Assembly: GCF_004010195.1 (NCBI RefSeq)
Contig: NC_057717.1
Span: forward strand, 106,455,127 to 106,519,126
Source: Chiloscyllium plagiosum
Lineage: Eukaryota
Direction of reading: 5' to 3'
Length of the DNA stretch: 64,000 nucleotides
The stretch's first letter is position 1. Each line of letters opens with the position of its first letter. Under the pieces are notes generated by a model. It searched no databases and was not told where the DNA came from. It saw only the letters and a program-made list of their open reading frames with translations. A program made the position numbers and the translations under genes. Shown in pieces: positions 26,885-40,030 of this stretch.

Positions 26885-28700
26885 ACAATAGACAATAGGT
26901 GCAGGAGTAGGCCATTCGGTCCTTCGAGCCAGCATCACCATTTATTATGACCATGGATGATCATCCACAATCAATATCCTGTTCCTGCCTTATCCCCATA
27001 ACCCTTGACTCCACTACCTTTAAGAGCTCTATCCATCTCTTTCTTGAAAGTATCCAGAGACTTGGCCTCCACTGCCTTCTGGGGCAGAGCATTCCATACA
27101 CCCACCACTCGCTGGGTGAAGAAGTTTCTCCTCAACTCTGTTCTAAGTGGCATGCCCCTCATTTTTAAACTGTGTCCTCTGGTTCGGGACTCACCCATCA
27201 GCGGAAACATGCTTCCTACCTCCAGAGTGTCCAATCCTTTAATAATCCTATACGTCTCAATCAGATCATCTCTCAGCCTTCCACACTCAAGGGTATACAA
27301 GCCCAGTCGCTCCAATCTTTCAGCGTAAGACCTCGTGAACCTACGCTGCACTCCCTCAATAGCCAGAATGTCTTTCCTCAAATTTGGAGACCAAAACTGC
27401 ACACAACATTCCAGGTGCGGTCTCACCAGGGCCCTGTACAGCTGCAGAAGAACCTCTTTGCTTCTATACTCAATCCCTCTTGTTATTAAGGCCAGCATGC
27501 TATTGGCTTTCTTCACTGCCTGCTGTACCTGCATGCTTGCTTTCATTGACTGATGTATAAGAACACCTAGATCTCATTGTACTGCCCCTTTACCTAACTT
27601 GACTCCATTTAGGTAGTAATCTGCCTCCCTGTTCTTGCCACCAAAGTGGATAACCACAAATTTATCCACATTAAACTGCATCTGCCATGCGTCTGTCCAT
27701 TCACCTAGCCTGTCCAAGTCACCCTGTATTCTCCTAACGTCCTCCTCACATTTCACCCTGCCACCCAGCTTTGCATCATCAGCAAATTTGCTAATATTAC
27801 TTTTAATATCTTCATCTATATTGTTAATGTATACTGTAAATAGCTGTGGTCCCAGCACCGAACCTTGTGGTACCTCACTGGTCACCGCCTGCCATCCCGA
27901 AAGGCAGCCGTTTATCACTACTCTTTGCTTCCTGTCAGTTAGCCAATCTTCAATCCAAGTCAGTATTTTTCCCCCTATATTATGTGTCCTAATTTTGCTC
28001 ACTAACTTCCTATGTGGGACTTTAACAAAGGCTTTCTGAAAGTCCAGGTACATTGCATCCACTGGCTCTCCCTTGTCCAGCTTCATAGTTGCATCCTCAA
28101 AAAATTCCAGAAGATTAGTCAAGCATGATTTCCCCTCCGTAAATCCATGCTGACTCTGATCTGTCCTGTCACTGCTATCCAAGAGAGTCGTAATTTCATC
28201 TTTTATAACTGACTCCAGCATCTTTCCACCACTGACGTCAGGCTAACTGGTCTATAATTCCCTACTTTCTCTCTCCCTCCCTTCTGGAAAAGTGGGACAA
28301 CATTAGCCACCCTCCAATCCACAGGAACTGATCCTTAATCTATAGAACATTGGAAAATAATTACCAATGCATCCACGATTTCTGGAGCCACCTCCTTACG
28401 TACCCTGGGATGCAGACTATCAGGTCCCGGGGACTTATCAGCCTTCATACTTAACAGTTTAACCAACACTATTTCCTGCCTAATATAAATTCCCTACAGT
28501 TCATCCATTACCCTAGGTCCTTAGCCACTATTACATCTGGGAGATTGCTTATGTCTTCCCCAGTGAAGACAGATCCAAAGTACCTATTCAACTCTTCTGC
28601 CATTTCCTAGTTCCCCATAATAAATTCACCCATTCCTGTCTTCAAGGGCCCAATTTTAGTCTTAACCATTTTTTTTTCTTTTCTCATACCTAAAAAAGCT
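26885..28700 (-). mobile_element. CR1 LINE 3' portion (same family as 1-990)
   Basis: ORFs 27574..28221 and 26971..27546 carry RT motifs and the GYGDKAGTGY C-terminus. Confidence 0.93.
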
Positions 28701-28990
28701 CACTATTCCTCATTTCCCCTTCCCCCACCTCACCCCAGCTCCAACCTTCCAGTTCAGCACTGCCCTCATGACCTGTCCTACCAGCCTATCTTTTTTTCCA
28801 CCTATCCACTCCACCCTCCTCTCTGACCTATCACCTCCATCCCCACCCCATTCACCTATTGTACTCTCTGCTCCTTGGATGCTGCCTGACCTGCTGTGCT
28901 TTTCCAGCACCACTCTGATCCAGACCCATGGAGAGAAAAACAAGCTAACTTTTTGAGACGAGATGACTCTTCATCAAAACTGAAGTGAAG

Positions 28991-29072
28991 TGTGGAGAGG
29001 GCAGCATTTATGTGCAGGGGGTGGGTTGGAGTGTGGAGAGGGCAGCATTTATGTGCAGGGGGTGGGTTGGAG
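28991..29072. repeat. Exact 41-bp tandem duplication
   Basis: tgtggagagggcagcatttatgtgcagggggtgggttggag twice. Confidence 0.9.
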
Positions 29073-31305
29073 TGCTGGGGGAGAAAGGGTGTTGATCGTT
29101 CAGATTAGGTGATTGGAATATGAGAAAGGCAGAAGGATGGGGTGCTTAACTGCCAGGCTGGAAAGAACAGACAGGCCCACTGCGGGGGAGGGGAGGAGAG
29201 GGGAGAGAGTGACAGAGAATGTAATCAGCAAAACTAAAAGAAAGGAAAAGAATGGGTTCACAATTTGAAGGTGCTGAATTCAATACTGAATCTGAAAGAA
29301 CTGCAGATGCTGTAAATCTGGAACAAAAACAGAAGATGCTGGAAAAGCGAGGCAAGATCAAAGGAAGAAGACCAATGGCATTCTCTGCTCCTCCAGGGCA
29401 AGTGCCACACTCTTCTCTCTGCTACTTCACACTCACTCTAACTCTGCTATAGCACACACCTTCCTCCCAGGCTCATGCTCTGCCACTCTCTCGAATGCTT
29501 GCAACAACCTCCCTCACTCTCTCTCAGTTCCAATCTTCCAGACTATGCATTGTGGCTTCTGTCATGCTACTCACTTCATCGGGACACCGCACCTCCTTTT
29601 GACACCTCACCCCCTCCACAATACCCCACAATACCAGCACAAATAGTCGTGCGATCTGATTTCACCTGTCACATGGTGCTGAAATGGGACTGACATAGCG
29701 CATTGCCAAACAGCAAGATGTGTGTCCCTTGGCTGAGGGCTGCTGACCAGCAAGTCAAACTGCCTGCTTGTGTGACTGCTGTAATTGCCACTGAAAGGCA
29801 GGCCAAGTCATAGATGCTGTGACCATGTAGACAGACATGAAGTGAGTGAGCACTAAATGAGCAAGTGAGCAGCCCTGAGACACAACCTGGTCCAGTCTAT
29901 CAGCTGGGTGCCTCAGAGTGTCCCTGCTACAGCTTTTCAATGTCAGTACGTTCTGCTATGCAAATCTGAACTTCATGGGCTGCCTGAAAGTGTATCAGAG
30001 AGGTGCCTGTCTCCTGTCTCCATCCTGTATCTGCTGGTTACCTGTTCCTTCTTCAAGCTGTGGGGTGACCACATCTAAAAAGTGCCTTTCACATTATTCC
30101 AAACTTGTGGAAGCACTATTGTGCTTCTAGCTGACTCTCAAACTCTCAAACTCAATGTTTAAACTGCTCCTTGCGGATGTGGACAGTGGTGTCTCATACT
30201 TCCTACCTACTGCAAGGTGTACAACACATGGGACAGAGCTCCCCTGCTACACCTTTGGTTAACAATCAGAGAGAACAGGGTGGCACTTACACTGACAGTG
30301 TGAAGAAGGTTATCGACCTTCTCACTACATTGCTGTGTACCCCTGCAGGTGGCAGAGAGCTACTTTAACCTGGGTGACAGTCTTGCTCCAGGCTGGTATG
30401 GTCCGGTGCCACAGTCTCCACTACTGGTCAGGGGGTAAAGGAAATCCTCCCTTTGTACCACCCCTCCCAACAGCACCTCCAGGTCCTTGCCTCCAAAGTG
30501 CATGCCAATGTCTGCCTGTCTGCTAAGGCCAGGACAAATATCAGGAACCAGGCAAGGCAGCTTCAGACTTACTGAGTTTGTCCAGGTGCACAAAGGGCTT
30601 TTAAAGATGGCAAAGAGAAAGTGTGGACTGCAGATGCTGGAGATCAGAGTTGAAAAGTGTAGCACTGGAAAAGCAAAGCAGGTTAGGCAGCATCCGAGGA
30701 GCAGGAGAGTCAAAGTTTTGAGCATAAGCCCTTCATCAGAAAAATTCACCAGGTCTCATGGCAAATAAAAACTTCAAAAAGCACAACACAACTTGCACAG
30801 AGCTAAAAGTATGTACAGTTCACTCCCATATGTTTCTACAGGTTACCGGTTATAGGAAATAAAATTTGTCACAGTAAGAGTAGCAAGAACCTTCCATTCA
30901 ATGTCTCACAAACCATTCTGGTTCACTTACTAATGTCCTTCATGAAGAAAATCTGCCATTTTACCTGATCTGGCCTGCATGTGACTCCACACCCACAGTT
31001 TTGTGGTTCACTTATATTTTACCTCTGAAGTGGCCTCTCAAGGAACTCAGTTCAAGGGCAACAAATACTGGCTGAGCCAGTAATGCCCTCATCCAATGAA
31101 GGAATATTAAAACCACGTGACTGTCAACCTGTGCAGGTGCTGAGTATGAACCCATTTCGTACTAATGCAGTCCAGTATCTCAGCTCACATGCTGCAGCAT
31201 CTGGTTGCAAATCATGGAAACTTCTTACAGTCTAAACTATTCCACACCACCTTTTACCTACTTTATGTTTCCTATACAAATATGGAAATGAGAGTTTTCA
31301 CTTAC

Positions 31306-31572
31306 TGTATACTGGGACATTCGCTGTCTTCTCCTTCAGCTCAGAGATACACATCACAGAACATGCTGGTGTTAAATCCCACTGCTGGACAATTGGGAAA
31401 TAGTCATTGTACCAAGTAATGCCCTTTTTTCTGTGAAAGTTTACCCCTGATTTATATTCCACATTTATTGTTGGTTTTGGACATGTTGTGCTGCAGTTCA
31501 TCGCGATGGAACCTCCAAATTCCACGGCTGGGGGGTTTACATCGATTGAAACTTCAAATCCAGTTACAGTGG
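31306..31572 (-). CDS. Gene A exon 2, ICAM-type N-terminal Ig domain D1
   Basis: ttcttggcag acceptor, gtaagt donor, 267 nt phase 1-1. FEVSIDVNPPAVEFGGSIAMNCSTTC...INVE...CSVMC...VY has the four-Cys CxxxC/CxxxC pattern of ICAM/VCAM/MAdCAM D1. Confidence 0.9.
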
Positions 31573-31829
31573 CTGCCAAGAAAACAAACCACAGTAAATA
31601 CTGAGACATACAACCCATTTGAGTCAAGATCATTGGAGCTGATGTGAAACCAGCCCAGTAAGTAGGCTTCTTTTAAAACAAGACACCTCTTTTACGCAAA
31701 TAACAGGAGCTTAGAAATTTACTGTATAGAAGGAAAACACTTGACCCATCAAATCCCTACCAGCTATAAAGTGCTACCTGACCTAATCTGTAGCCTCAAA
31801 GATTACAGTGAATATCCAAATATTGAGAA

Positions 31830-32110
31830 TTTCTTTTCATGGGATACGGGCATCACCGGCAAGACCAGCGTTTGTTGCCCATCCCTAACTGTCCTTGAAC
31901 AAGTGGCTTGCTCAGCCACCACCCAGGGCAGTTGCGAGTCATCCACATTGTTGCAGGGCACGAGTGGCTTGTAGTTTAGAATGATGTGTCAATCCGCTAA
32001 AGGACAATAATGAATCAGATGAGATTTTGTAACAGTTAATGATAGTCTGATTGTCGTCATCATTAAAGCTGTACTTCCAATTTGGGATTTTGCTGAATTT
32101 AAATTCCATT
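31830..32110 (-). mobile_element. Deu/SacSINE-like SINE fragment (related copies near 30900-31105, 41410-41735, 58410-58880)
   Basis: Shared aaccacattgctg...gacattagtgaaccagatg core and a tail shared with the LINE 3' ends at 47290 and 51770. Confidence 0.6.
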
Positions 32111-32139
32111 GGTTTCCACAGGAATCCACATCCAATCAA

Positions 32140-32460
32140 GGGTGGCACGGTGGCTCAGTGGTTAGCACTGTTGCCTCACAGCACAGGGATCCAGGTTTGA
32201 TTCCCACCTCAGGTGACTATGTGGAGTTTGCACATTCTCCCCATGTCTGCATGGATTTCCTCCGGGTGCTCCGGTTTCCTCCCACAATCCAAAGATGTGC
32301 AGGTCAGGTGAGTTTGCCATGCTAAATTGCCCATGGTCTTAGATGCATTAGTCAGGGGTAAATATAGGGTAAGCGTCTGAGTGGGTTACTCTTCGGAGGT
32401 TCAGTGTGGACTTGTTGGGCCAAAGGGCCTGGTTCCACACTGTCGGGAATCTAATCTAAT
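32140..32460 (+). mobile_element. HE1-like V-SINE
   Basis: tRNA head, gtggagtttgcacattctcccc V-domain and aatct tail. Confidence 0.85.
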
Positions 32461-33089
32461 CCCAAGAACAGTGGCTGTCTGGATTACTCAGCTGATGACA
32501 CCACTTCACCAACATTTCCCCTTCTGCCTCTAGCCAGTAAATTCCAGACCCCACCAGCCCCACCTGGTGAAAATCTTTCTATACAACTCCCCTTTAATCC
32601 TTTCACAAATTATATATCTATTCCCCACATTACTAACTTCTGTTAAGTGAAATAGATCCTTCCTATTCAATCTAAATGGCCCCTCATAATAAGGGGCACC
32701 TCAAATACATTTCCTTTCAGCCTCTCTGCTCCAAAGAAAATCATCCCAGCTTATCCAATATCTCTTCACATTTATAATTCTCCGCCTTGACAACTCCCTG
32801 TAAAACCTCTCTGAACACTCTTGAGTGCTATCACATCTTTCTCAAAGTGGCAGATGTGGGTACTGCAGATGCTGGAGATCAGAGTCAAAATTAGAGTGCT
32901 GCTGGACTCCTGATGAAGGGCTTTTGCCCAAAACGTCGATTTTCCTTCTCCTCACGATGCTGCCTGACTGTTGTGCTTTTCCAGCACCACTCTAATCTTG
33001 ACTCACTGAATTAATGGTTTAGTGTTAATACCACTAGACCATCATCTCCTCTAAAGGTCTCACTGTTCCTCTAGAATTCTCTGTATCCT

Positions 33090-34625
33090 ATCTACAGGAA
33101 TAGTGCCAGAAGACTGGAGGATAGCAAATGTTGTTCCCTTGTTCAAGAAGGGGAGTAGAGACAACCCTGGTAATTGTAGACCAAGTAAAAATCACACAAC
33201 ACCAGGTTATAGTCCAACAGGTTTATTTGGAAGCACTAGCATTTGGAGCGCTGCTCCTTCATCAGGTAGGTGCAGTGCTATGAAATCTAGTGCTTACAAA
33301 TAAACCTATTGGAGTATAACCTGGTGTTGTGTGATTTTTAGATTGAACACCCCAGTTCAACACCAGCACTCCAAATCAATTATAGACCAGTGAGCCTTAC
33401 TTCAGTTGTGAGTAAAGTGTTGGAAAGGGTTATAAGAGATAGGATTTATTATCATCTAGAAAGGAATAAGTTGATTAGGGATAGTCAACATGATTTTGTG
33501 AAGGGTAGATTGTGCCTCATAAACCTTATTGAGTTCTTTGAGAAGGTGACCAAACAGGTGGATGAGGATAAAGCAGTTGATGTGGTGTATATGGATTCAG
33601 TAAAGTCTTTGGTAAGGTTCCTCACGGTAGGCTATTGCACAAAATACAGAGGCACGGGATTGAGGGTGATTTAGCGATATTGAACAGAAATTGGCCACCT
33701 GAAAGAAGACAGAAGATGGTGGTTGATGGGAAATGTTCATCCTGGAGTTCAGTTACTAGTGGTGTACCACAAGGGTCCACTGTGTTGGGTCCACTGCTGT
33801 TTGTCATTTTTATGAACGATCTGGATGAGGGTTTAGAGGATGGTTTAGTAAATTTACGGATAACACTAAAGTCGGTAGAATTGTGGATAGTGCCGAAGGA
33901 TGTTGTAGGTTACAGAGGGACACAGATAAGCTGCAGAGCTGGGCTGAGAGGGGGCAAATGGAGTTTAATGCGGAAAAGTGTGAGGTGAATCACTTTGGAA
34001 GGAGTAACAGGAATGCAGAGTACTGGGTTAATGGTGAGATTCTTTGTCATGTAGATGAGCAAAGGGATCTTGGTGTCCATATACATAGATCCCTGAAAGT
34101 TACCCCCCAGGTTGATAGGGTTGTTAAGAAGGCATACAGTGTGTTAGCTTTTATTGGTAAAGGGATTGAGTTTTGGATCAATGAGGTCATGTTGCAGCTG
34201 TACCAAAGTCTGGTGCAGCTGCATTTGGAGTAATGTGTACAGTTCTGGTCACTGCATTATAGGAAGGGTGTGGAAGCATTGGAAAGGGTTCAGAGGAGAT
34301 TTGTGGAGGGAAGGTCTTATGAGGAAAGGCTGAGGAACTTGAGGCTGTTTTTGTTGGAGAGACATAGTTTTAAACTAAAGGGTGATAGATATAGGGCAGA
34401 TGTCAGAAGAGTGTTTCTTTACTCAGAGAGTAGTAGGGGTGTGGAACACACTGCCTGCAACAGTAATAGACTCACTAACTTCAAGGACATTTAAATGGTG
34501 GATTGGATAAACATATGGATGAAAATGGAATACTATAGGTTAGATGGGCTTCAGGTTGGTTTCACAGATTGGTGGAACATGGAGGGCCGAAGGGCCTGTA
34601 CTGCGCTGTAATGTTCTACGTTCTG
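33090..34625 (+). mobile_element. CR1 fragment with a nested Penelope-derived insertion (about 33185-33378)
   Basis: RT motifs; the insertion is flanked by duplicated aatt(g/a)tagacca and has inverted termini. Confidence 0.88.
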
Positions 34626-34944
34626 TTATCATTTACTCCATTGCCTTATTTGTCTTCCCAAATGAAAATGTTTCTCTTTGAAAAGCCTTCTCAGAACCCA
34701 CTCTGTGCTAAGGTTTCGATTTTCTCCCTTCAAGGATGCCAGGTTGCAGAGGATCAGAGATGCAAGCACCAGAATCTGAATATCCACCCATCTCCTTCCA
34801 CTTCAGAAAAACCAGCACAGTTGAACAAAAAGGACCTATCACCTCCATCCCCATCCCCATTCACCTACTGTACACTATGCTACCTTCTCCCCAGCCCCCA
34901 CCCCCCTCCCATTTATCTCTACACCCTGGAGGCTCCCTGTCTCT

Positions 34945-34980
34945 ATTCCTGATGAAGGGCTTTTGCCCGAAACGTCGATT
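34945..34980 (+). ncRNA. Minimal hammerhead ribozyme motif (Penelope type, second family)
   Basis: attc-CTGATGA-a-gggc-tttt-gccc-GAA-ACGT-C-gatt; GUC cleavage triplet; short stem I. Confidence 0.55.
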
Positions 34981-35707
34981 TTCCTGCTCCTCGGATGCTG
35001 CCTGAACCGCTGTGCTTTTCCAGCACCACTCTGATCTAAACCCTGAACAACAAGGACAGCAGAGTCACAGGAGGGAGTTGGATGGCATGGGTACATTTTA
35101 TACAGGATTATACTTGAAGACAATCAACATGTTATGTCGTGGTGAATTATGTTCAGCTGATACTGACCCACAGGAAACGTTATTTCTTGAATAGGAAAGA
35201 AAACTTTTCTTCATAAATGGCCAACTTGTAATTAGTTATTTTAGTTCCAGACAAATTGAAAATGAAAGATCCAGTGTTGAACCGCTCTTCCTTTCCGAGC
35301 GGTCTAGCAACGCACATGATGAAAGATAATGGTGACTGTTAAATATAGGGGTAGACCGAAGCATTAGATCAGATTGCAGCAAACTGATACCATTAACTTA
35401 CCAATTTACAAGGATTGATTTGAGTTATGTGAATGATGCAGATCTCTGTATACGACTATATTTATTTAATCTGTACTTTCCTTAACATTAGTTAGAAGAA
35501 AGTGTGAAACAAAGCCTTTTTTTTATTTCCGGTTGTTAAACTGAAACCAACTAATACACGAGGAAATCGGTAACGGCAAATGTCTTGTTGGAAAAGCCAA
35601 CAGATATCGTTTTTACTGCACCGATGTAGTAAACCTATCACAATACAATACTACTTCAGTCTATGTAAATGTTAAACATTACTCATATTTTAAAATGCTT
35701 TACTTGC

Positions 35708-35774
35708 CTGTTACAATGAACAGCAACTTGAAATGCCAAATACATTCAGCCAGTGAAGTTAGTCTCGAATCCAT
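35708..35774 (-). CDS. Gene A (ICAM/VCAM-like) exon 1, signal peptide MDSRLTSLAECIWHFKLLFIVT
   Basis: ATG at 35774-35772, 22 codons plus 1 nt (phase 1), donor CAG|GCAAGT. Joins exon 2 in frame to give ...LLFIVTATVTG|FEV, a plausible cleavage site. Lies in non-repeat sequence next to promoter-like motifs. Confidence 0.7.
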
Positions 35775-35939
35775 AATTATTAACTTAAAGATGTTTTTAA
35801 AATAATCTGGAATCACACTAATCTTAAAAGTTTCGGAATTTTGAGACTGTAACTAGATCGAGAGGAACTTGCTGACAATTTAACAACTTATTTCCAGACT
35901 AACTCAGAGCACGCTTGAGCCATCTGAGTCCATGTTCCA

Positions 35940-36000
35940 TTGACCAACCCTTCCGGTTAACTGTCAAATGTCAGAATATGGGGGATGTTCCACGCCCAGT
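35940..36000 (-). promoter_or_regulatory. Putative proximal promoter of gene A (NF-kB, ETS and Sp/KLF-like motifs)
   Basis: GGGATGTTCC (35982-35991) matches GGGRNNYYCC; CTTCCGGT ETS core near 35950; CCACGCCC at 35990-35997. About 200 nt upstream of the ATG. Confidence 0.45.
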
Positions 36001-36139
36001 CTCTTTTTATTTCAATCCTTCAAAAACCCCTGCACATCTTTCGTTTATTTTCTTATAATTTTTAAAGGTTTCATTCATTCTGCTGTCTGAGTCTCTCAGG
36101 ATTCAGGGTGCACATGCCGCCACTCCGGTGTAATGTAGA

Positions 36140-36340
36140 AGTGTCGGTGTTGGACTGGGGTGGACAGGGTTAAAAATCACACAACACCAGGTTATAGTCC
36201 AACAGGTTTATTGGGAAGCACTAGCTTTCGGAGCGCCTCTCCTTCACAACCACCTGATGAAGGAGCAGCGCTCCAAAAGCCAGTGCTTCCCAATAAACCT
36301 GTTGGACTATAACTTGGTGTTGTGTGATTTTTAACTTTAT
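36140..36340. mobile_element. Penelope-derived element with inverted termini
   Basis: taaaaatcacacaacaccaggttatagtccaacaggtttatt and its reverse complement flank a hammerhead-like core. Confidence 0.8.
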
Positions 36341-36774
36341 CCTCCAGTTTGAGAGTTTCTGAGATGCTGATCATTCCATGATCTGAAGACTCAACCATAT
36401 TCGAGGCAGGCTGTGTTTGCAGGGCAACCATAGGAACCACACCAACCAGTATGTGTTCAGCCAACTCCAAGAAACTGTGATGTGATCATGTCAGAGCATC
36501 TGGTTTTGTAGATATTGATTGATTGAGAACCTTTGACCAGGACACTGAGTAGAACCCCTGCTCAATTTGAAAACATTATCATGCCTGGCATTGAGCTTTT
36601 CCATCCATTTGAGACAGGAGATAGGACTTCAGTTTAACAACGTACCTGGAGTACAATGTTCCCTCAATACTATACTGGCTTTTAGATTTTTATGGTTGTG
36701 CCTCAGTGTTGAAGTGGGAGGTGAACTGAGAACCTTGTTACTCTAAGTAAGGTGTTATAATCTATAGTTACTGT

Positions 36775-37075
36775 GAGAAACAGAGACACGCACGAGAATT
36801 CCTAGAGACATGGCATTCCAGCCAAAACTCTATCAACAAACACATTGACTTGGATCCCATTTACCACTCCCTGAGAAAAGAAACAGGAAATGACATCACT
36901 GTAGGAAATGATGTTATGACAAGAATTGACATCACCACCTCAAGGAAACCCAAACATATAAATAGAAAGTGGGCTATACCATCAATGCTTCTTTCGGAGG
37001 CTCACTGAAAATATTACCTAGTATGGTGATGAAATGTCTGAAAATGAACTTTCCATCTCAGTGAGCAAACCTACA
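36775..37075 (+). mobile_element. Penelope-like element 3' fragment (GIY-YIG endonuclease C-terminus)
   Basis: KQRHAREFLETWHSSQNSINKHIDLDPIY, followed by a degenerate hammerhead-like motif at about 37003-37041. Confidence 0.75.
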
Positions 37076-40030
37076 GAGTTTCGGGATTGAAGATGATGTA
37101 GCGGTTTGGATCAGAAATTGACTAGCTGAAAGAAGAAAGGTGGTGGTTGATGGGAAATGTTCATCCTGGAGTTCAGTTACCAGTGGTGTACTGCAAGGAT
37201 CAGTGTTGGATCCACTGCTGTTTGTCATTTTTATAAATGATCTGGAGGTGGGCATAAAAGAATGGGTGAGTAAATTTGCAGATGACACTAAGGTGAGTAG
37301 AGTTTTGGATAGTGCCGAAGGATGTTGTGGGTTACAGAGAGACATAGATAAGATGCAGAGCTGGGCTGAGAAGTGGCAAATAGAGTTTAATATGGAAAAG
37401 TGTGAGGTAGTTCAATTAGGAAGCAGTAACCAGAATGCAGAGTACTTGGCTAATGGTAAAATTCTTGGCAGTGTAGATGAGCAGAGAGATCTCGGTGTCC
37501 ATGTGCATAAATCCCTGAAAGGTGCCATCCAGGTTGATAGGGTTGTTAAGAAGGCATAAGGTGTGTAGGCATTTATTGGTAGAGGGATTGAGTTTTAGAG
37601 CCACAAGGTCATGCTTCAGCTGTACAAGACACTGTTAAGGCCGCACCTGGAGTATGGCGTGCAGTTCTGGTCACTGCATTATAGGAAGGATATGGAAGCT
37701 TTGGAACGGGATCAGAAGAGATTTACTAGGATGTTGCCTGGTATGGAAGGAAGGTCTTACGAGGAAAGACTGAGGTACTAAAGGATGTTTTCGTTGGAGA
37801 GAAGATGGTTGAGAGGTGACTTAATCAAGATGTATAAGATAATCAGAGGCTTAGATAGTGTGGACAGTGAGAGCCTTTTTCCTTGGATGGTGAAGGTTAA
37901 CACAAGGGGACATAGCTTTAAATTGAGGGTTAATAGATTTAGGACAGATGTTAGGGATAGTTTCTACACTCAGAGAGTAGTAGGGGCGTGGAATGGCTTG
38001 TCTGCAACAGGAGTAGACTCGCTGACGTTAAGGGCGTTTAAGTGGGCATTGGACATACATTTGGATTATAATGGAATGGTGTAGGTTAGATGGGCATCAG
38101 ATTAATTTCACAGGTTGGTGCAACATCGAGCTATACTGTGCTGTAATGTTCTATGTTCTATGTTCAATTTAATCACTGTCAGACTTTTCTACAGTTTGCA
38201 GTACACTCCCATAACCAATGATCCTAACTTTTCCATTAACTTGTCCATTCAGTTAAACTTTAAAATACTTCATTGTGACTCAACACATAGTTATTTACAT
38301 TGTGAGCAATTTAGGCCCCATATCTCAGGATGGATGTGCTGGCCCTGGGCTGGGTCCAGAGGAGGTTCACAAGAATGATCCCTGGAATGAAAGGCTTAAT
38401 ATGTGAAGAACGTTTGAGGAGTCTGGGTCGATACTCGATGGAGTTTAGAAGGTTGAGGGGGAATCTCATTGAAACTTACAGAATACTGAATGGTCTGGAC
38501 AGTATGGATTTTGGAAAGATGTTTTCATTGAGCAGGAGAGACTGGGACCCAAGTGCACAGCCTTAGAGTAATGACCCTTTCGAAGCAAGATAAGGAAAAA
38601 CTTCTTCAGCCAGAGAGTGGTGCATCTATGGAATTCATTGCCACAGAAGGCTGTAGTGGCCAGGTCTTTGAGTATATTGAAGACAGAGATATATGGGCTC
38701 TTGATTGTCAAAAGGATCTAAGGTTACAGGGAGAAGACATGAGAATAGGGTTGAGAAACCTATCAGCGATGACCGAATGTCAGAGCAGACTCAATGGGCC
38801 AAATGGCCTAATTTCTGCTCCTATGTCATAGAGTCATAGAGATGTACAGCACGGAAAAAGACACTTCGGTCCAACACAGCCAGGCCAACCAGATATCCGA
38901 TATTAATCTAATCCCATTTGCCAGCACCTGTTCTATATCCCTCTAAACCTTTCCTTTTCAAATGCCCATCCAGATACCTTTTAAATGCTGTAATTGTACT
39001 AGCCTCCACCACCTCCTCTGACAGCTCATTCCATACACGTACCATGCTCTGCATGAAAAGTTTGCCCTTAGGTCCCTTTTATATCTTTCCTCTCTCACCC
39101 TAAACCTATGCCCTCTAGTTAAGGACTCCCAGCCCAGGGAAAATACCTTGTCTATTTACCCTATCCATGCCTCTCATGATTTTATAAACATCTATAAGGG
39201 CACCCCTCAGCCTCTAATGCTCCAGGGAAAACAGCCCCAGCCTATTCAGCCTTTCCCTATAGCTTAAAACCTCCAACCCTGGCGACTTCCTTGTAAATCT
39301 TTTCTGCGCTCTTTCAATTTTCACAATATCCTTCCAATAGGAAGGAGACCAGAATTGCACACAATATTCCAAAAGTGGCCGAACCAATGTCCTGTACAGC
39401 CGCAACATGGCCTCCCAACTCATGTACTCAATACTCTGACAAACGTCTTCTTCACTAGGAGAAAGTGAGGACTGTAGATGCTGGAGATCAGAGCTGAAAA
39501 ATGTGTTGCTGGAAAAGCGCAGCAGGTCAGGCAGCATCAAAGGAGCAGGAGAATCAATGTTTCAGGATAAGCCCTTCTTCAGGAAGGGCTTCTTCACTAT
39601 CCTATCTACCTGCAATTCTACTTTCAAGGAACTATGGTCTCTTTGTTCAGCAACACTTCCCAGGACCTTACCATTAAGTGTGTGAGTCCTGCTGTGATTT
39701 GCCTTTCCAAAATGCAGCACCTCACATTTATCTGAATTAATCTCCAACTGCCACTCCTCAGCCCATTGGCCCATCTGATCAAGATCCCGTTGTACTCCGA
39801 GGTAAACTTTTTCGCTGTCCACTACACCTCAAGTTTTGGTGTCATCTGCAAACTTACTAACTGTACCTCTGTGTTCACATCCAAATCATTTATATAAATG
39901 ATGAAAAGTAGTGGACCCCGCACCAATCCTTATAGCACTCACTGACCACAGGCCTCCAGTCTGAAAAGCATCCCTCCACCACCACCCTGTCCTCTACCAG
40001 AATTTGGATGCCAGTTCTGTATGCAAATGT
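37076..40030. mobile_element. Cluster of CR1 fragments (+ 37076-38165, + 38300-38825, - 38830-40030 with a nested short element)
   Basis: RT and C-terminal motifs; the nested element is flanked by cttcttcacta. Confidence 0.87.

Noticed and set aside
29450..30600. GC-richer stretch, possibly an old DNA transposon relic
   Set aside because: No identifiable transposase motif or terminal repeats by eye.
31573..31633. In-frame leader MGCMSQYLLWFVFLA upstream of gene A D1 resembling a signal peptide
   Set aside because: It overlaps the branch point and polypyrimidine tract. The homologous stretch in gene B (tatttactgtga) has a stop, and a separate signal exon exists. An alternative start is not fully excluded.
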